Virus record (IMG/VR): IMGVR_UViG_3300025764_000010
Span: 1 to 37,700 of that record
Source of the DNA: a virus
Taxonomy: Duplodnaviria; Caudoviricetes
Length of the DNA stretch: 37,700 nt
Direction: 5' to 3' (one strand)
The notes below the pieces were generated by a model. That model made no database searches. It saw only the letters and a list, made by a program, of their open reading frames with translations, and was not told the DNA's origin. The position numbers and the translations under genes are program-made. Numbering within the stretch: the first letter of the stretch is position 1; every line of letters starts with the position of its first letter. Shown one piece after another: positions 1 to 9,193 of the stretch.

Positions 1-1
1 C

Positions 2-1708
2 GTTAGTACTGTTCAAACATTGTACTCCGGTTTGCAAGCGAAGTATAACACCATTGCCACGCTTGGAACATGGTTATATGCTCAAGTACAAGCATCTTAT
101 AATAATCTGAAGGCCGCTTTCTTATCCGGAATAAACACTATAATTAGTACCGTCCAGACATTATACTCAGGTTTGCAGGCGAAGTACAATACAATCACTG
201 CGCTTGGAACAAGTTTATTGAGTTCGTGGAAAACACATTGGAGCAATATAACATCTGCCACAAGTACAGCAGCCTCGACTGTCTCAAGTGCTTTGTCTGG
301 TTTACTTTCCAAGGCTCAGTCGGCCTTTAATTCAATTATATCAGCGGCTCTGGGTTTATTGAATTCCTGGAAAACACACTGGAATAACCTTGTAAGTGCT
401 ACTAACTCTGCCGCGTCTACTGTCGCAAGTGCTTTATCTGGTTTACTCTCCAAGGCTCAATCTGCCTTTAATTCGATAATATCAGCAGCTCTATCTCTCC
501 TGAATTCGTGGAAAACCCACTGGAATAACCTGGTAAGTGCTACTAACTCAGCCGCTTCTACTGTAGCAAGTGCATTAAGTGGACTTCTATCCAAAGCTCA
601 ATCTGCCTTTAATTCGATAATTTCAGCAGCTCTATCTCTCCTGAATTCGTGGAAAACCCACTGGAATAACCTGGTAAGTGCTACGAATTCAGCAGCATCT
701 ACTGTCGCAAGTGCATTAAACGGGCTTCTTACCAAGGCTAAAACTGCTTTTAATTCAATTATAGCCGCCGCTCTATCCCTCCTGAATTCGTGGAAATCCA
801 ATTGGAATAACCTTGTAAGTGCTACGAATTCAGCTGCCTCTTCTATAGCAAGCGCATTAAGCGGGCTCCTGTCCAAGGCACAATCTGCCTTCAATTCGAT
901 TATAGCCGCCGCAAACGCCTTACTTACAAAGTGGAAGACCGTATGGAGTAGCCTATCCACGGCCGTGAGTAGTATAGCCGGAACTGTAGTAAGTGCAATT
1001 AGTGGGTTAGCCTCGAAAATAAGCGGGCTTGCTTCGAGCTTTTATAATGCCGGAGCTGCCATAATTGACAATCTCCGTAAAGGGGTAGAGGCTAAAATCC
1101 AAGCAGTTAAAAACTCTATAACTGGTCTGCTCTCATGGATTAGCTCTAATATGCCGCATAGTCCCGCTTTAATGGGGCCTCTTACAAAACTGCCTAATTT
1201 CGCAGCATATATAACAGATCCACTTGCCAAAGCCGTTTCAACTGCAAAAACGACAGCGAAGGGCGTAGGATCATCTATAATAAATACAATTGCAAAAGGG
1301 GTAACATCCGCTGCTAAAACGGTTTACAATGCTGCTTCGTCAGCACTCTCTAAAGTTAGCTCCCTCTTACCCCACTCTCCAGCTGAAGAAGGTCCTTTTA
1401 GTGTCTTGCCCGATTGGGATTCAGTCTTTGTTAAACCGATGTTAAACTCAATTGATTCAGTTAGCAAGTTGTCCACCCCTATGTCAAATGCGCTGACGAA
1501 TGTGAGAAATCCAATTAACTCAAGTATGTCAGCAGGATTCAATAAAATATCAAACGTGGCCAATAATTCATCGGCGCAGGCGAATGTAAACAATACGATT
1601 ACAATCGGACCAAACACACTGTCCAATGACATTGATTTACAAAAAGTGTTTATCCAGTTCCAAAAATGGACAAAACTGCAAGGGTTGCAAAGGGGGTATG
1701 TATCGTGA
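2..1708 (+). CDS. Tail tape measure protein, C-terminal part (5'-truncated by window)
   Basis: Frame is open from base 2. Ala/Ser-rich helical 47-aa repeats with periodic W/F. Two PHSPAxxGP motifs typical of tape measure C-termini. Followed by tail genes. Confidence 0.9.
   Translation, partial: VSTVQTLYSGLQAKYNTIATLGTWLYAQVQASYNNLKAAFLSGINTIISTVQTLYSGLQAKYNTITALGTSLLSSWKTHWSNITSATSTAASTVSSALSGLLSKAQSAFNSIISAALGLLNSWKTHWNNLVSATNSAASTVASALSGLLSKAQSAFNSIISAALSLLNSWKTHWNNLVSATNSAASTVASALSGLLSKAQSAFNSIISAALSLLNSWKTHWNNLVSATNSAASTVASALNGLLTKAKTAFNSIIAAALSLLNSWKSNWNNLVSATNSAASSIASALSGLLSKAQSAFNSIIAAANALLTKWKTVWSSLSTAVSSIAGTVVSAISGLASKISGLASSFYNAGAAIIDNLRKGVEAKIQAVKNSITGLLSWISSNMPHSPALMGPLTKLPNFAAYITDPLAKAVSTAKTTAKGVGSSIINTIAKGVTSAAKTVYNAASSALSKVSSLLPHSPAEEGPFSVLPDWDSVFVKPMLNSIDSVSKLSTPMSNALTNVRNPINSSMSAGFNKISNVANNSSAQANVNNTITIGPNTLSNDIDLQKVFIQFQKWTKLQGLQRGYVS
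20..990 (+). repeat. 141-bp (47-aa) tandem coding repeat in the tape measure gene
   Basis: The TGG of WKxxW recurs at 227, 368, 509, 650, 791 and 932 (exact 141-bp period). LYSGLQAKYNTI starts at 20 and 161. Confidence 0.95.
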
Positions 1709-2046
1709 AAACTCTTGTTTTCGATGGACTGGATATAAATTGTTGGCAAGAAAACGAATATGGTTATAAAATTCAATTCAAAAAAATAGATTTACTTTCG
1801 GGTGAGTATTTTGGGAATCTCGGACCGAAGACAACATGTTTCCCAAAAACATTTAATTGTTATGCAAGTACACAAACCGAATTAGACGACATCATTGGTA
1901 AATTGTTAAGATTCGGGACTTTTGTATTAGATGGCATCAGTTATCTAAATTGTATAATATCCGACTTGGGAAATATAAAAAGAGTATTAGAAAATAATGA
2001 AATGTATACATTTGTACTTACCTTTGATCAGGTTGATCATCAATAA
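1705..2046 (+). CDS. Putative distal-tail-like protein
   Basis: GTG start overlaps the tape measure stop (GTGA). Function inferred from position only. Confidence 0.5.
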   Translation: MKTLVFDGLDINCWQENEYGYKIQFKKIDLLSGEYFGNLGPKTTCFPKTFNCYASTQTELDDIIGKLLRFGTFVLDGISYLNCIISDLGNIKRVLENNEMYTFVLTFDQVDHQ

Positions 2047-2070
2047 TTCATCCGAGGAGTCTAGAAAATA

Positions 2071-2196
2071 ATGCAATCTAAAACAGGCGGAAACACGACA
2101 ATTGAAATCATTTCAAGACGTGCTGATGGATCGGTAAAAGATCATACAATAATCCACGACAGTGGACTGGAGGAAAATGTCAACTGTCACGAATAA
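2071..2196 (+). CDS. Small 41-aa protein (MQSKTGGNTTIEIISRRADGSVKDHTIIH...), not in ORF track
   Basis: ATG downstream of GAGGAG. Fills the gap in the tail operon and overlaps the next gene. Confidence 0.5.
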   Translation: MQSKTGGNTTIEIISRRADGSVKDHTIIHDSGLEENVNCHE

Positions 2197-2548
2197 GGGC
2201 ATGGAGACACTAGCCCGAATGATTAATAATGTAGCTCCTGTGGCTCCATTTGGAAAGATTGCTACAGGCACAAGTTCAATTGTAGAGGACATTGGCAATA
2301 CCGCATTAGGCGCCGAAAATACATTATCCGGAACTGCACGGGTAAACGCGACATGTTCGTTTGAATCCCCAGGGACATCAGTTTGGACATATCTTTTTGC
2401 GTTTTCTGGAGCTGTTAACATCCGCGAAATCGGTATTTTTAATTCGACGGGTGATATGTTTCTTCGGCACGTATTAAATGCAAATAAACCATACTATGAA
2501 GGCGAATCAGTCGAAATAACAATAACTCATAGTCTTGTTAGAGGTTGA
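2177..2548 (+). CDS. Putative tail/baseplate protein
   Basis: GGAGG RBS before the ATG at 2177. VTNKG...IATGT...TALGAE...IREIGIFN pattern resembles phage tail-fibre-attachment proteins. Confidence 0.65.
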   Translation: MSTVTNKGMETLARMINNVAPVAPFGKIATGTSSIVEDIGNTALGAENTLSGTARVNATCSFESPGTSVWTYLFAFSGAVNIREIGIFNSTGDMFLRHVLNANKPYYEGESVEITITHSLVRG

Positions 2549-2552
2549 AATT

Positions 2553-2933
2553 ATGGCACTATCTAAAACAGTAACAGCAATTATATCAAATCAGACAATA
2601 TCCGCGGCCAGCAGTTCTCCCAGTACTGGTATTGATCTGTCCGGATCCGTTGATTTTGGTATCGGATATCAACTGACATTTAGCGGAACAGCTACATTAG
2701 GAGCACGTATTGATCTGTATGCAGACCCGGGCGGTAATTCTATCACATTTACGGTAGGCACTCATGCAGATCCATGCGATGCCGGAGATGTAGCACTCGA
2801 TGCAGGTAGTCAAGTACAGGGATTTTTCCAAATGCAACGTGCTGCAAAATATGTTAAGGCTGTAATCGTTAATTTGGATACTGGGCAAAGTATAACCGCC
2901 GCTAGTCTTTGGGCAATTGTTCAAAGTCCTTAA
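2553..2933 (+). CDS. Hypothetical beta-rich virion protein
   Basis: GAGGT RBS; lies within the tail operon. Confidence 0.55.
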   Translation: MALSKTVTAIISNQTISAASSSPSTGIDLSGSVDFGIGYQLTFSGTATLGARIDLYADPGGNSITFTVGTHADPCDAGDVALDAGSQVQGFFQMQRAAKYVKAVIVNLDTGQSITAASLWAIVQSP

Positions 2934-2944
2934 TCGTAGGATAA

Positions 2945-5900
2945 ATGCAAAATCGATACCTGGCTTGGAAATACAAGCAAGAAGTAATTATTACAGATTC
3001 GAAAACTACCGAAGGGTATCAAGCTTCCCTCTCACTAAATTACAAGCCAGGTATGAGGGGTGATTTCAGAGACATACGCTTTTCTGACAAACTCGGTAAC
3101 CCTTTGTATTATTTTATAGACCCTCCTCAATTCGCAATATCTGCCCGTATATGGGTTAGACTCCCTGCTAATGATACATTAATTTACATGTATTGGGGGA
3201 ATGGGGGCGCTGCAGATGCTAGTAATGGTGCTGCGGTTTTTGAGTTTTGGGACGACTTTAACACCTTAAATCTAAAAACGCAGTGGACTGTAGTCGGGGG
3301 GGCTGCATCTGTAGCAAACTCGATTCTTACTTTATATAGCGATACGAAAAACTGTATGATTCGTAGTACTATAACTTACGGTGCAGAATACGCTCTCGAA
3401 TTTCGGATGAGACGCCACGGTGGAAATAAAACAGTATGTGGATACTGGAGCACATCTCTAAATATGGCATGTTGGGTCGGTACATATGCGCTTCACACCA
3501 TCAATTATAATGACCATATGTATACAAAAGATGGAGTCTCAGCCACCGGAGTAGACGATGGGGTAGACCGTGCGGGATCTACATATTATATTTATGGGAT
3601 TGTAAATGCTGCGAATGCACCTATATTCACGGTTAATTATGAATACCGGGGCACCGTCCTATTAACGCCTCCATCGGGCGATTTACCGATTGGGTTTTAC
3701 TCCGAAATAGCAAAAACATTAGAAATTGATTGGGTAAGAGTTAGAAAATATGAAACTGCTAAACCAGGAATGACACTGGGAAAAAGATGGACGACAAATC
3801 CAAAAACATATCCATGGTTTGACATGCTCGATGGAGTGTCAACTACCGCAATGTCAACCGATGTTGTATGCAAAGATACAACCAGTTGTTTAGCTACTAC
3901 TGAAATGAGCGCGATTACTTTATTGAGGCAAAGGAAATATTATAGACCTGAAAACCGGACCGCGTATAATGGATGGAAATATAAAGGAGATATTAAGGTC
4001 GTTTCGCATGGTGTTGATCAGGCTTCTAATATCCTGCCTGATTTATCAGGGAATGGTAATAATGGTACAATGTCTAATGTGGGGTTGACTGCTGATAATT
4101 TAGGGAATCCATACGGGGCAATGTCGTTTAATGGTATTGATAGTTTAGTAAGTGGTGCACATTCTGATAGTTTAACTATGGGATTATCAGACTTTTCAAT
4201 CCATGCAGTTGTATACCCTGAAAATGTTACTGGCGCTGGATCGACGGCTAAAATGATAATTGATAAAAAATATGAGGATACTAATAATGCTGGATACTAC
4301 TTAAGAATCGAAAATGGAAAATCAACATTTAAAATTGCAAACGGAACAACATCTTATTCACGGGCAAGCAACACTACACTCTCTATAAATACATGGTATG
4401 TTCTTACAGTTGTAGCTAACAGAACAGGAAACTTGTTATTTTACACAAATGGAACTCTAGATCGAATTGTTGATATGTCGGCGACTTCGGGATGGAATTT
4501 AAACAGTAGCGATAGGTTTGGAATAGGTCGCACGGTATCAACTGCGCTTGATCAGTTTGATGGCTTAATCCGAGAAATAATAATATATAAACGTGCTCTT
4601 TCACAAGCCGAAGTGACAGCACTATATAATAATCAGTCAGTCTCCTCTACCGGTCTAGTAGCCGAATGGCAACCATCGGCTTTAGTGCCCGTACGAATTG
4701 ACCTGAAGCCACTCCCTGGCATGACATTAGATTGCAGAGATATCAGATTTTCAGATCCACATAATAAAAAACTCCCATATTACGTTGAATATAACGCCGC
4801 GGCTGGATTTTATTATTGTTTTGTATCAAATCCAACTCAGTGTAAAACGATCCATATATATTACGGAAATGCTGTTTCTAAATCTGAAAGCAACACTTCG
4901 GTTATTAGTACAGTGGATGTAAATGACAATATTAAATTTTATAACCCTGACGTAAAAGGGGCTTACAGTCGATGGAAATATAGAGGAAATATACACATCA
5001 ATACTGAGTCTGGACCCGCAACCGTTCAAATTCCTTTTTATCCTGGGATGGCCGCCGATGGAAGAGACATCCGTTTTTCAGACGTCAATGGGAAAAAGTT
5101 GTCTTATTATCTAGACCCTGATGGAATTCCATCACGTGTTTTTATATTTGATGTGGAACGACAGACACGTGGTTCAATGATCCATTTTTATTACGGGCAT
5201 GCTGTTTCCAAGTCTGAAAGTGATATATCTGTGAGAACTGGATCCGGTGAAGGACAAAATCAATATTTTCAAGTGTTATCCTCAGGGAAATTAAATAAAT
5301 GGAAATATAAGGGTGATCTTGAAATAGACTCCCTTACCCTGGGGGATATTAAAGTCCCTGTTAATATCCCCCTCCTTCCTGGCATGGCAACCGATGGAAG
5401 GGATATCAGATTTTCAGACACGAAGGGAAATGAGTTATCTTACTACATCGACTCGTTAGTACAGACAAATTATGCAATTGCGACTTACCATAATACCCCA
5501 GGCCCAGACTCGGCTTACTGGATCGGTGCTGACTCCACTGGCTACTGGATGTTTTCCGGCGGACATGCAACCAGATTCACCCAGACCGGCACAATTAAAC
5601 GGGTTAGATTTTATGCAACAAATGTATCAGCACTCGATACATTCAAAATTACGATTTGGTCAAAAAACGAATCAACTGGGCTATATACACTTGTCAGCAT
5701 AACTGCAAATTTAAAAACATCAATTGCAGACGGATATAACGATATAGATCTTTCTAATGAAAATGTGTCAGTTACCGAAGGAATGAGTTTTGGGATAATT
5801 TTAGTGAGTACAGGGGCGCACACAGCCTTTATTGCTTCGTCCTCAAGTGGATCTTGGATATTCGGAGAAACAAAATATGCTCGGTCTCCTACGTATACGG

Positions 5901-8900
5901 ATTATGATTGGTCGGCCCAAAGCGAATCTGGAACTGGTAGAACTATCGACATTGATTTTCTAATGGAATCTCCTGATATAATTTTTATAGGCGACTCTAT
6001 ACTCTCAGGTTTTCCACTGGCGACAGCATATACTGATCAGCCAGTATTCGGTGGGTCTGCCAATTCAACGTCAATCCCGTATAAATTAAGAACACTATCC
6101 GGATTAACTTATCAAAATCTGGGGATAAATGGTAATGGATATCCAGATCTTAATACCAGATTCGCAAAAGACATCACCGGTAAACATCCTAAATATGTTG
6201 TGATAGAGGGTGGTCTAAATAATTTAATGTATGGGACTGCAACGACTGGAGCTATCATTTCAGGCACGGAACTCCAGATAACATCCGCCCAAGCCGCCGG
6301 TATTGTCCCTGTAGTCGTTTTAGTTACACCTGCGTACGGAACAAATTATCTCAATGCATCCCAGAGTATGCAGGCAGATGCGGTAAATAATGCGATTATA
6401 GCATATCACGCACTGAATCCCGATTTTATCATAGTGGATGCAAGGGAAGATCTGGGATCATATAATGCACAAACGGGTTGGGCTCTAGATTCACAGTACA
6501 ATTCCAACTCAGATAATGTCCATCTGAATGAAGCGGGGAACGCGGTAGTCGCTCAAAAAATACATGATTCTATACTGGGCTTCCATCCGTCTATAATATT
6601 CTCTTGCTGGGTTCTATGGCCTGCAAACACATCCAAAATTAATTTTTATTATGGTAAGCACAATGTAATCTCAAAAAGTAATGTTTCTGCTTTTAGTGGG
6701 CTTTTGACTGGATATCCTGATTTTTTACCCGCAATCGAGATAGATGGTATTTATCGCAAATGGAAATATAAAGGCGATATTTCAATTACAAACGAAACAA
6801 TCGACGGAGAACAGATCCAGATTCGAATTCCATTTTATCCAGGGATGGCAGTTGATGGGAGAGACATCAGATTTTCTGACACGAAGGGAAATGAGTTATC
6901 TTACTACATTGAATCTTTGATATCAAATGTTTTCATATGTTGGGTCAAATGCACTGTCGGAATTTCAACAATTAATTTTTATTATGGTAATGGTTTGGTT
7001 CTCTCTAGAAGTAACCCCTCAAATGTTTTTGATTTTTGGGATGATTTCTTAACTTTGGATTCCGGGGTATGGTCCACGTTTTCGGGGACACCTACTGCAT
7101 CTAACAGTACCGCTGTGTTGGGTGGAACGGCAACCACAGCAACACGCAGCATAAGAACTTTTGGGAATGATACGATATGTGAAATGAAAATGTATCACCC
7201 TGTCGGGAATAAATCATTGTGTGGGTATTGGGGCGTTGGCAACTTAAGGGAGGTCTGGGAAGGTGGATATGGGTCATTTAATAACGATTATATGCACACA
7301 TACAACGGATCTACACAGACCAATACATCAAGCGGAGTCGACCGCGGCGGATCTACATATTATATTTATGGAATAGCATACCTGTCCACGGGTCCATTAT
7401 ATTACGTTGATTATGGATATGTAGGACAAATTACCACCAATTTGCCTACCGGAAATCTCCCGATTGCATTGTACAGTAATGCCAATTTTGGTAATGTAGT
7501 AGTTGATTGGGTAAGGGTTCGAAAATATTCAATGAACACTACTCAAGTGTTGAGGCATTCACCGCAATTAAATAATCCGATGCCATATATTAATGATAGG
7601 AAAACCAAAACCGTTAGACATTACCTAGCAAAAACAACGTTAGATTATTATGCCGTTCCGTATTCAAACACCGTTTTAAACCATGCTCCCCAATTAAATA
7701 CCACAAGTTATTATAGAGAACCTAGTCCAAATATTATAAGTAGACATGCCCCACAATCCCAGTCTACTCACTATTATTTCGATTATATTAGTATCGGGGC
7801 TTACACTGAAATGCATGGCGGGGAACCGACATTTGTAGAGCGCGTAGAATTAAGTCAATTCTCTCTTATTTCAGTGGATATATCAAGGTCTGTCAACGAT
7901 GCATATATTCAACTGAGTGGAGAGTTTGCAAATGATATGGTTCCGTACGAGGGAGCAATTGTAAAATATTATACAAACGATATAAACGAAGTTAAAACTT
8001 TAGTATTCATAGGAAAAGTTGTAGCTAATAGTCCAACGATTGGATATATGGGAACCACTGTTAATATGATTGCTACTGACAATTCCAGAAATTTGATAGT
8101 GCAACATATTAATTGGAATCACCAAGTGATCTATCTTTCAGACGAAATACCGACATGGTCACAGTGGATAACTGAAATAATATCTACTCAAAACACAGGT
8201 GTTGTAGCTGAAAAAATAATAGATGTTCGTACCCAAAATAAGCAGTTTGTTTTTGACCCCAAAACTACTCGATTCGAAGCTATTAAAAAAATAGCTGGAT
8301 ATTGTAACTATGTACTCAACATAAAACCTAAAATGTATGGGGCTGTAATGCTGCCAGCGTTTTATGCTGCTCCTCCTGAACAAATTGATTCTAATGTAAA
8401 TGGTTTTGATCTACCCCAGCCGGTTGAATTTAATTGGCCGGATTCAACCATTATTGACAAACCTACTATCACAAACGACATTGAAGAAAAATATAATACA
8501 GTTGTTGTATATGGCGTAATCACAAGCTCAGGGGAAACTACCGTGGCTGTCGCTTATACACCATCCGTAGAATATGGGGATATCAAACCACGTGAATTTA
8601 CAATCAATGACAATTCAATCGAAGAAAAGAGCAGCACTGCTGAAATCGAAGCTATAAAATGGTTATTATATTTTTCTTCTCCGAGGGCAACAGTTACGGT
8701 TCGGTTGACCAAACGTTTAGATTTCGAGTTATATCAACGAATACGTTTTGGAAGTGGTTTTGCTAAAGCTTTACAGGACCTAACGTTTACCGAGCAACTT
8801 AAACATGTTGTAGCATATGACCCAAGGGATGAGAGTAATACGAAACATATTGTAGACGTGTCTGGGGTTCCACGTCCGCAGTGGCTTAGAGTTAATGAAA

Positions 8901-9193
8901 TTAAATATCATAAGGAAAATATAGACGAATACATTGAAATAAAAGCCATTACTGATTTCATTTATTCAGTTGAAGACGCCACGGTGAATTATCCATATTC
9001 TACATATATAAGTCCGGGGTATATAAAACCGGTATTAGACGATTCAACGAGTATGACACAGTCTATAGTGAGTAATGCTATAGACAAACAACTTTCCCCG
9101 GAGATATGCACGGTTATATCCATTTCAACTGATGAGAGCACCGCTGTAGTCCAAACCCAAAGTGGAAAACTTATTACGGTGAGACTAAAATGA
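2945..9193 (+). CDS. Giant tail adhesin/hub protein: 5 DUF2341-like modules, LamG/ConA-like domain, SGNH/GDSL hydrolase, C-terminal tail-hub-like region
   Basis: Five WKY(K/R)...(R)DIRFSD...YYG units. LamG motifs DLSGNGNNGT and FDGLIREIIIYKRALSQAEV. SGNH blocks IFIGDS, NLGING, EGGLNN and DNVHLNEAG. Confidence 0.85.
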   Translation: MQNRYLAWKYKQEVIITDSKTTEGYQASLSLNYKPGMRGDFRDIRFSDKLGNPLYYFIDPPQFAISARIWVRLPANDTLIYMYWGNGGAADASNGAAVFEFWDDFNTLNLKTQWTVVGGAASVANSILTLYSDTKNCMIRSTITYGAEYALEFRMRRHGGNKTVCGYWSTSLNMACWVGTYALHTINYNDHMYTKDGVSATGVDDGVDRAGSTYYIYGIVNAANAPIFTVNYEYRGTVLLTPPSGDLPIGFYSEIAKTLEIDWVRVRKYETAKPGMTLGKRWTTNPKTYPWFDMLDGVSTTAMSTDVVCKDTTSCLATTEMSAITLLRQRKYYRPENRTAYNGWKYKGDIKVVSHGVDQASNILPDLSGNGNNGTMSNVGLTADNLGNPYGAMSFNGIDSLVSGAHSDSLTMGLSDFSIHAVVYPENVTGAGSTAKMIIDKKYEDTNNAGYYLRIENGKSTFKIANGTTSYSRASNTTLSINTWYVLTVVANRTGNLLFYTNGTLDRIVDMSATSGWNLNSSDRFGIGRTVSTALDQFDGLIREIIIYKRALSQAEVTALYNNQSVSSTGLVAEWQPSALVPVRIDLKPLPGMTLDCRDIRFSDPHNKKLPYYVEYNAAAGFYYCFVSNPTQCKTIHIYYGNAVSKSESNTSVISTVDVNDNIKFYNPDVKGAYSRWKYRGNIHINTESGPATVQIPFYPGMAADGRDIRFSDVNGKKLSYYLDPDGIPSRVFIFDVERQTRGSMIHFYYGHAVSKSESDISVRTGSGEGQNQYFQVLSSGKLNKWKYKGDLEIDSLTLGDIKVPVNIPLLPGMATDGRDIRFSDTKGNELSYYIDSLVQTNYAIATYHNTPGPDSAYWIGADSTGYWMFSGGHATRFTQTGTIKRVRFYATNVSALDTFKITIWSKNESTGLYTLVSITANLKTSIADGYNDIDLSNENVSVTEGMSFGIILVSTGAHTAFIASSSSGSWIFGETKYARSPTYTDYDWSAQSESGTGRTIDIDFLMESPDIIFIGDSILSGFPLATAYTDQPVFGGSANSTSIPYKLRTLSGLTYQNLGINGNGYPDLNTRFAKDITGKHPKYVVIEGGLNNLMYGTATTGAIISGTELQITSAQAAGIVPVVVLVTPAYGTNYLNASQSMQADAVNNAIIAYHALNPDFIIVDAREDLGSYNAQTGWALDSQYNSNSDNVHLNEAGNAVVAQKIHDSILGFHPSIIFSCWVLWPANTSKINFYYGKHNVISKSNVSAFSGLLTGYPDFLPAIEIDGIYRKWKYKGDISITNETIDGEQIQIRIPFYPGMAVDGRDIRFSDTKGNELSYYIESLISNVFICWVKCTVGISTINFYYGNGLVLSRSNPSNVFDFWDDFLTLDSGVWSTFSGTPTASNSTAVLGGTATTATRSIRTFGNDTICEMKMYHPVGNKSLCGYWGVGNLREVWEGGYGSFNNDYMHTYNGSTQTNTSSGVDRGGSTYYIYGIAYLSTGPLYYVDYGYVGQITTNLPTGNLPIALYSNANFGNVVVDWVRVRKYSMNTTQVLRHSPQLNNPMPYINDRKTKTVRHYLAKTTLDYYAVPYSNTVLNHAPQLNTTSYYREPSPNIISRHAPQSQSTHYYFDYISIGAYTEMHGGEPTFVERVELSQFSLISVDISRSVNDAYIQLSGEFANDMVPYEGAIVKYYTNDINEVKTLVFIGKVVANSPTIGYMGTTVNMIATDNSRNLIVQHINWNHQVIYLSDEIPTWSQWITEIISTQNTGVVAEKIIDVRTQNKQFVFDPKTTRFEAIKKIAGYCNYVLNIKPKMYGAVMLPAFYAAPPEQIDSNVNGFDLPQPVEFNWPDSTIIDKPTITNDIEEKYNTVVVYGVITSSGETTVAVAYTPSVEYGDIKPREFTINDNSIEEKSSTAEIEAIKWLLYFSSPRATVTVRLTKRLDFELYQRIRFGSGFAKALQDLTFTEQLKHVVAYDPRDESNTKHIVDVSGVPRPQWLRVNEIKYHKENIDEYIEIKAITDFIYSVEDATVNYPYSTYISPGYIKPVLDDSTSMTQSIVSNAIDKQLSPEICTVISISTDESTAVVQTQSGKLITVRLK

